Shown one piece after another: positions 34,853-39,166 of a stretch of 39,166 nt of DNA. Within the stretch, counting starts at the first letter, position 1. Every line of letters starts with the position of its first letter. The DNA lies in IMG/VR virus record IMGVR_UViG_3300047279_000052, positions 1 to 39,166 of that record; one strand, written 5' to 3'. A model generated the notes under the pieces. It did not search any database. It was not told the origin of the DNA and saw only the letters and a list, made by a program, of their open reading frames with translations. Made by a program: the position numbers and the translations under genes. The stretch comes from a virus. Taxonomy: Duplodnaviria > Caudoviricetes.

Positions 34853-34906
34853 CCAGCCTGACCATCCAGTCAGACATTAAGTCTGGTGGGCCGCACCAGT
34901 ACGGTT
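34853..34906 (-). ncRNA. Candidate cis-regulatory RNA upstream of the 86-aa gene (motif copy 1)
   Basis: AACCGTA-CTGGTG-CGGCC-CACCAG followed by second hairpin CTGAC-TGGATG-GTCAG. Confidence 0.5.
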
Positions 34907-36407
34907 AAGGTGTTCCCGATGTTGTGATGTACGAGAATGACCAAGAATATGTTTGACCAGCCGCAACAGTGGATGCGTCAATAATCATATATATGCCGCT
35001 TATAGTGGCGTTTCCAATAAACGGCAAAATGTTAGCAGCCGATTGAATTACAACCCCACCAATTCTTTCGCCTTGTTCGTCAAGTTCAGCAATTGGTGCT
35101 GGCAATGAAATCAAAACATTTGTTCCCACTGGCGATGACACGCTTGCAACTGTAACGCTACCTTGAACATGAACAACTCTACCTGTTTTAGAGTAACCGC
35201 CTGTATTTACAGTTGGATCTAAGGTAATTGTTCCTGAAACGCTTGGGGTCATTGTGACTGTGTAAACGCTGACAAAATTCGATTGAATTTGGTATTGCGC
35301 TGCATGATCAACACGGCTCAACGGAACAGCATTTGTAGGATACAAAGCCGCATCAGCAAACACTTTTAATGCTGGCGTAAATAACGGGATAGCATCGTTG
35401 GAAGAACTGTTACCGATTATCAGGTTTCGTACAAACGTAACTGAAACAGCCGCTTCATCAACCAAGCCAATAAATGCAGGGTTTTGCGTTGGTAAAGTAT
35501 CAAAAATGTTGTTAATAATTGTTACTTCATTAAACGCAGATCCAGCAATAGCTTTTGTTTGAAATGCGCCAGACCCTGCAAAGTAATTATTTGCAATGGT
35601 TAATTTTGTAAATGTGCCAAAGAAAATACTACCTGGCACTGTATCGCAATTGGCTTCAAAATAACCGTTTTGAAACGTAATTCCAGTACAGTCAAACGAG
35701 CTGTTATCTATATTTACAGCATTTCTTTTGCTACTTTGTATGGACACACCATCAAAATAAACGCCGTTACAGTTTTGTATGCGAACGCTGTCATAGCAGT
35801 ATGACAATGAGCCACCGTAGAAGTTGACATCATTAACGCCAGAGCCAGACGATACGCCAGTCATGTAAATGCCAGCATACCCCGCAGATGTGGCGCAGTA
35901 GAAAACATAGGTGTTGTACGCTTTACCAGTGTAAGAACTGTATAAATAAATGCCGTGATAATTAAATGCGTTAACTTCCACGTTGTACATGAACCAATAG
36001 GACGCATAAATTGACAATCCAGTTAAGTTCAAACCATTACCGAAAAGAGTCAGATCGGAAATAGATGTCCGATATGTTGGGGCAGCGGCTGTTCCCATTC
36101 TGAGCAATGTAGTTCCAGCAGTAGCCGCAACCAATTGCGTTGCTGTTTTACCAGCACCTTTGAGATTGACCCAGTTAGGAATAATGATCTGGTCTGGATT
36201 TATCAAATATCTACCGCGAGGGATAAATACAGTCCCCGCAGGATTGCCTTGAGGATCTTCGCCAGTAGAGTTTGATTTTGCGGCATCAAGGGCTGCAATA
36301 AAAGCCGCAGTGTTTACTGCCGCTGTTGCACTTGACGATGCGCCATAATCTGCCACATTGACAAGCGCACCCTCAATCATCGAAAACGAAACTTTGGTCA
36401 AGGCCAT
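34905..36407 (-). CDS. Tailspike / depolymerase with pectate-lyase-3-like beta-helix
   Basis: VNVADYGA, NTAAFIAALDA, GTVFIPRGRY, LKGAG. Asn/aromatic beta-helix periodicity. AT-richer than flanks. Confidence 0.85.
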   Translation of the reverse strand: MALTKVSFSMIEGALVNVADYGASSSATAAVNTAAFIAALDAAKSNSTGEDPQGNPAGTVFIPRGRYLINPDQIIIPNWVNLKGAGKTATQLVAATAGTTLLRMGTAAAPTYRTSISDLTLFGNGLNLTGLSIYASYWFMYNVEVNAFNYHGIYLYSSYTGKAYNTYVFYCATSAGYAGIYMTGVSSGSGVNDVNFYGGSLSYCYDSVRIQNCNGVYFDGVSIQSSKRNAVNIDNSSFDCTGITFQNGYFEANCDTVPGSIFFGTFTKLTIANNYFAGSGAFQTKAIAGSAFNEVTIINNIFDTLPTQNPAFIGLVDEAAVSVTFVRNLIIGNSSSNDAIPLFTPALKVFADAALYPTNAVPLSRVDHAAQYQIQSNFVSVYTVTMTPSVSGTITLDPTVNTGGYSKTGRVVHVQGSVTVASVSSPVGTNVLISLPAPIAELDEQGERIGGVVIQSAANILPFIGNATISGIYMIIDASTVAAGQTYSWSFSYITTSGTP

Positions 36408-36416
36408 TTTTATTCC

Positions 36417-37031
36417 TTAAGCAGCAAAATAAGAAAATCCAACGTAAAACGTTGTTGTTGCTTGTATATTTGCAGCAGTTGTTACGAAATACATATAGTT
36501 AGTTGCTTCAACAGAATATATTGGCGCTGTAATATCGCCAGCAATAGTAGTAAATATTCCACACGCGCCGCCAAATCTTCCCGCTAGATTTGTTAAATCT
36601 GCAATTGCAAAAGGCAAAGTTTCTAACTTTATTAATGTTCCTACAGGAAGACTTACCGAACTAACGGTTATTGCCCCCGTTATCGTTACAACTCGGCCAG
36701 TTTTTGTGTACGCCAACGTATTGTTTGTGCCTAAAGTAATTGACCCCGATGTGCTTGGCGTTAAAGTTGCGGTAAAAGTGCCTTCTTCATAGTCAGCCAA
36801 CAACTCGCTTGTACCTGTGCCTGGTGTGGCAGAAAAGTCGACTCCGTAACCATTTGCAACAATAACATTTCCAGCGCTTAAAGTAAGCTGAGTGGCGCTT
36901 ATCGCGCGACCTGCGGTCAAATCAGATACAGCAACTTTAACTGTTGCGCCTGATTGAACGATAGGCAATACTTCTGTACCCACTAAAGGAGTTGATGCAC
37001 CTGTCAGCGCGGATATTTTTTTATCTGCCAT
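36417..37031 (-). CDS. Short tail fibre / receptor-binding protein
   Basis: MADKKISAL N-terminal motif. DYEEGTFT...YTKTGRVV...LPF C-terminal domain. Confidence 0.7.
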   Translation of the reverse strand: MADKKISALTGASTPLVGTEVLPIVQSGATVKVAVSDLTAGRAISATQLTLSAGNVIVANGYGVDFSATPGTGTSELLADYEEGTFTATLTPSTSGSITLGTNNTLAYTKTGRVVTITGAITVSSVSLPVGTLIKLETLPFAIADLTNLAGRFGGACGIFTTIAGDITAPIYSVEATNYMYFVTTAANIQATTTFYVGFSYFAA

Positions 37032-37043
37032 GATGATTCCTTA

Positions 37044-37526
37044 TCAGTTGTACAGAATTTCAATTAAAGACGTAAGCGGAGGGGCTTGACTAAATGTCAA
37101 AGTGCCGCTTGACACAGCGTATGTATTTCTATTTTGGTACACACCGTTAATGTAAACAGCAACCACATTTCCTGAAACCGCATATCCGACAGTTGACCCG
37201 TTTCCTGTGTAATTTATTACAGCAAAAGCGCCAGAGCCAGAAACATTGTCATAGGTCGCAATCAAAACATCAGTTGCGTCTTTTAAAACAAATTTATACG
37301 ACGCGGATGTAATCCAAATTTCGCCGCTATCCGGTACACGCCCAGCAGCATCCAACACAATAGGGTTTGTACGGGCAACATTTCCTGTGCTAGTTGTGTA
37401 ACTAGATAAAGGGGTAGTCGTGCCAGCCGCGTAGGTATACAGCTTACCGCCAGTCAAGACAGCGCCGGTATTTGTGAAGAACTGGGCCGCTACACCGCCC
37501 ACAGGAGAAAGGTATACAACGGCCAT
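37044..37526 (-). CDS. Stand-alone tailspike head-binding/adaptor protein
   Basis: QFF...G..L.GGKLYTYAAGTTTP...TNPIVLDAAGRVP...YKFVLKD followed by a YTGNGST...VYINGVYQ module. Confidence 0.7.
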   Translation of the reverse strand: MAVVYLSPVGGVAAQFFTNTGAVLTGGKLYTYAAGTTTPLSSYTTSTGNVARTNPIVLDAAGRVPDSGEIWITSASYKFVLKDATDVLIATYDNVSGSGAFAVINYTGNGSTVGYAVSGNVVAVYINGVYQNRNTYAVSSGTLTFSQAPPLTSLIEILYN

Positions 37527-37531
37527 TTAGG

Positions 37532-37696
37532 TCACTCCAAAAGAATTTGCCCACCATCTTCTTGCACCAAATTGTCGCCAGACTCGGTGAGAAGATTACC
37601 TACTGAAGCGCCACTGTCGCGTGTGCCTGAAAACAGCGTGACGATGCCCGCTAGGCCAATGGCCACCGAATTGCGAAGGGCGACACCAAAGCTCAT
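37532..37696 (-). CDS. 54-aa tail-adaptor-like peptide (not in ORF track)
   Basis: MSFGVALRNSVAIGLAGIVTLFSGTRDSGASVGNLLTESGDNLVQEDGGQILLE. ATGA-coupled to the upstream gene. Confidence 0.65.
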   Translation of the reverse strand: MSFGVALRNSVAIGLAGIVTLFSGTRDSGASVGNLLTESGDNLVQEDGGQILLE

Positions 37697-38004
37697 TGTT
37701 TGTTGATAGGCTTGCAGTACGCAGTGCCGTCTGTGCTACCAATTCGCAGCACACTGACACGCCAAGGGGAGCCGTTTAAACTGAGTTGCAGATAAAAAGG
37801 AATTGGCGTGTAAGCAGGGATCGGAGTGCTGGCACTGGTAGCAACAGCACCAACGCCTATTTCAACATAGCAAGGCACTTCGCACCAAACCAAAACGCCT
37901 TGAGGGCCAGCGTTCCATGCGGTTGTGTTGCCTGCACTAGCGCCGGCAGTTGCAGTGTAAGCGGGGAAATCCGCTTTGCTCATCGGGTTAAGTAGTTCCA
38001 TCAT
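37693..38004 (-). CDS. Virion-associated hypothetical beta protein (103 aa)
   Basis: AAGGA RBS. Conserved in both alleles. Confidence 0.75.
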   Translation of the reverse strand: MMELLNPMSKADFPAYTATAGASAGNTTAWNAGPQGVLVWCEVPCYVEIGVGAVATSASTPIPAYTPIPFYLQLSLNGSPWRVSVLRIGSTDGTAYCKPINKQ

Positions 38005-38010
38005 ATTTCC

Positions 38011-38373
38011 TTATGCCAAGAATTTCAGCTTGTACAACGTGGTCAAGTACAACTCAACGATATTATCTATCAATTGTTGCAAAGATGAGTCTGATTTATC
38101 ACACACATCGTATCTTGCACCTTCAATTTCAGCAAGCGAATCTTGCAAAAACTCAATCACATTCGCCGTCTTTTTGGCCGAATGCAGGGTGATGGGGCCA
38201 ATCAGACCATAGCGGCCTTGATAGGCTTCAGCAAATGCGTCAGCGTGGTCAATAATGCCATCATAAAACGCATTCAAAGCCACATGCTTGCTGTAGCTGC
38301 GTGTGTTCAGATGCACTGAATGGGTAACATCACGGGCTAGGAACAGTATTCCTACAAAATCAGCGGCTTTCAT
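38011..38373 (-). CDS. Ferritin/Dps-like protein, allele B
   Basis: 120 aa. 19 differences from 864..1226 by manual alignment. Confidence 0.6.
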   Translation of the reverse strand: MKAADFVGILFLARDVTHSVHLNTRSYSKHVALNAFYDGIIDHADAFAEAYQGRYGLIGPITLHSAKKTANVIEFLQDSLAEIEGARYDVCDKSDSSLQQLIDNIVELYLTTLYKLKFLA

Positions 38374-39166
38374 TGTGGCATTCCTTGTGGTGGAGGCATC
38401 ATTTCTGGTTGTTCTGGTTGCATTTCCATGGCCATTGGCTCTTCACGCATCTCAGGCATCTGGTTTATCATGCTCTGCGACTCCATGGCCGCAGCAACCA
38501 CGCCCATGGCGATGTCTTGGATTTGCTCTTCGGTCATACCGGCCTGAACCGCAGCAATACGCTTGGTTTCGGCATCATAAAGTTTGATCTGAGCCTCAAA
38601 GTCCTTGCGCTCCAAGTCCTGCATCTCGATTGATTTGCCGACATTCTGGATCATCTGGTGCATTTGCTCCATCTCAGCGCCCATGGCCTGAATCTGTTGC
38701 TGGGCCGCTTGCAAGGCTGGATCGTCCTCGCCGTCTGACAAGAACTTAGGATCAATGGTCTTGGCAAAGCGCTTGGACATTTCCTGTGCGCCAGGCCAGT
38801 CCATGTTCTTGACAAACAAGTCGCCAGCCACTTGCCACAGTTGGGGATTACCCTGTAACAACTGAGCCATGGCTTCCAGCGCCTCTTGGCGCTTGGTTGC
38901 GTAGCCTGGGCCAGTCGTGGCCACCACATCGTACTTACCAACGCCGGGGTTGTAGATCTTTTCGATCACAATACCCTGCTCATTGACAATTTTGTTGACT
39001 GGTTGGGGCTGGTCAGGGTTGATTTTGACCATCTTCGTTTCGCCGTCTTCACCAATGATGCGAGCGATGCGCTGTGTGTCGTAAATCTTGGGGATCAAGT
39101 CCACCAACTGACGAGCCACATGGCGCACGGCACGGGTCAGGTTGTCACCATAGTGGTAAGTACCTA
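38370..39166 (-). CDS. Portal protein, 3' part of second allele (truncated by window end)
   Basis: Near-identical protein to the C-terminal third of 1223..3397 but with a different, 7-aa-longer tail. Confidence 0.92.
   Translation of the reverse strand, partial: GTYHYGDNLTRAVRHVARQLVDLIPKIYDTQRIARIIGEDGETKMVKINPDQPQPVNKIVNEQGIVIEKIYNPGVGKYDVVATTGPGYATKRQEALEAMAQLLQGNPQLWQVAGDLFVKNMDWPGAQEMSKRFAKTIDPKFLSDGEDDPALQAAQQQIQAMGAEMEQMHQMIQNVGKSIEMQDLERKDFEAQIKLYDAETKRIAAVQAGMTEEQIQDIAMGVVAAAMESQSMINQMPEMREEPMAMEMQPEQPEMMPPPQGMPQ

Larger units (their letters stand above)
37744..39166. repeat. Diverged duplicate of 1..1998 (HNH-free allele)
   Basis: Same gene order (portal, ferritin-like, 103-aa gene) with many substitutions and no HNH. 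Confidence 0.97.

Noticed and set aside
34845-34906. tRNA or tRNA-like element
   Set aside because: No TPsiC/D-loop consensus or acceptor stem. Treated instead as a leader structure.
37744-39166. Direct terminal repeat or DGR template/variable repeat pair
   Set aside because: The copies differ by many substitutions that are not adenine-specific and by a whole gene. There is no reverse transcriptase, and true DTRs are identical.

Overview
The window holds an essentially complete circular or permuted genome (unit length about 37.7 kb) of a podovirus-type tailed phage. Its head-tail module is P22-like: TerS/TerL, portal, scaffold, coat, gp4/gp10-like adaptors, three ejection proteins and a beta-helix tailspike. 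Its replication module is DUF2800 exonuclease, DUF2815 SSB, family-B DNA polymerase, VRR-NUC and SNF2 helicase, plus a divergent Prim-Pol/DUF3987 primase. There is also an M15 endolysin/holin cassette and a GC-rich early operon of small ORFs. No integrase, RNA polymerase, tRNA or CRISPR array is visible. The two ends of the window (1-1998 and 37744-39166) are two different alleles of the same locus. One carries a 596-bp free-standing HNH endonuclease gene flanked by a 7-bp direct repeat and next to a strongly diverged 28-bp patch; the other is the empty allele. The last 127 bases match 1872-1998 exactly, which suggests an assembly bubble of two co-occurring variants. The most interesting unexplained non-coding signals are: (1) a two-copy structured leader motif with compensatory base changes, upstream of the scaffold gene and of a tail-associated gene; (2) an array of ACCCAGCGGGT-type quasi-palindromes interleaved with GGATC sites between terS and the early promoter; (3) a GTAACCCGTAACYGTAA element repeated in front of three early genes. 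All family names come from motif recognition and synteny by eye; no database searches were run.
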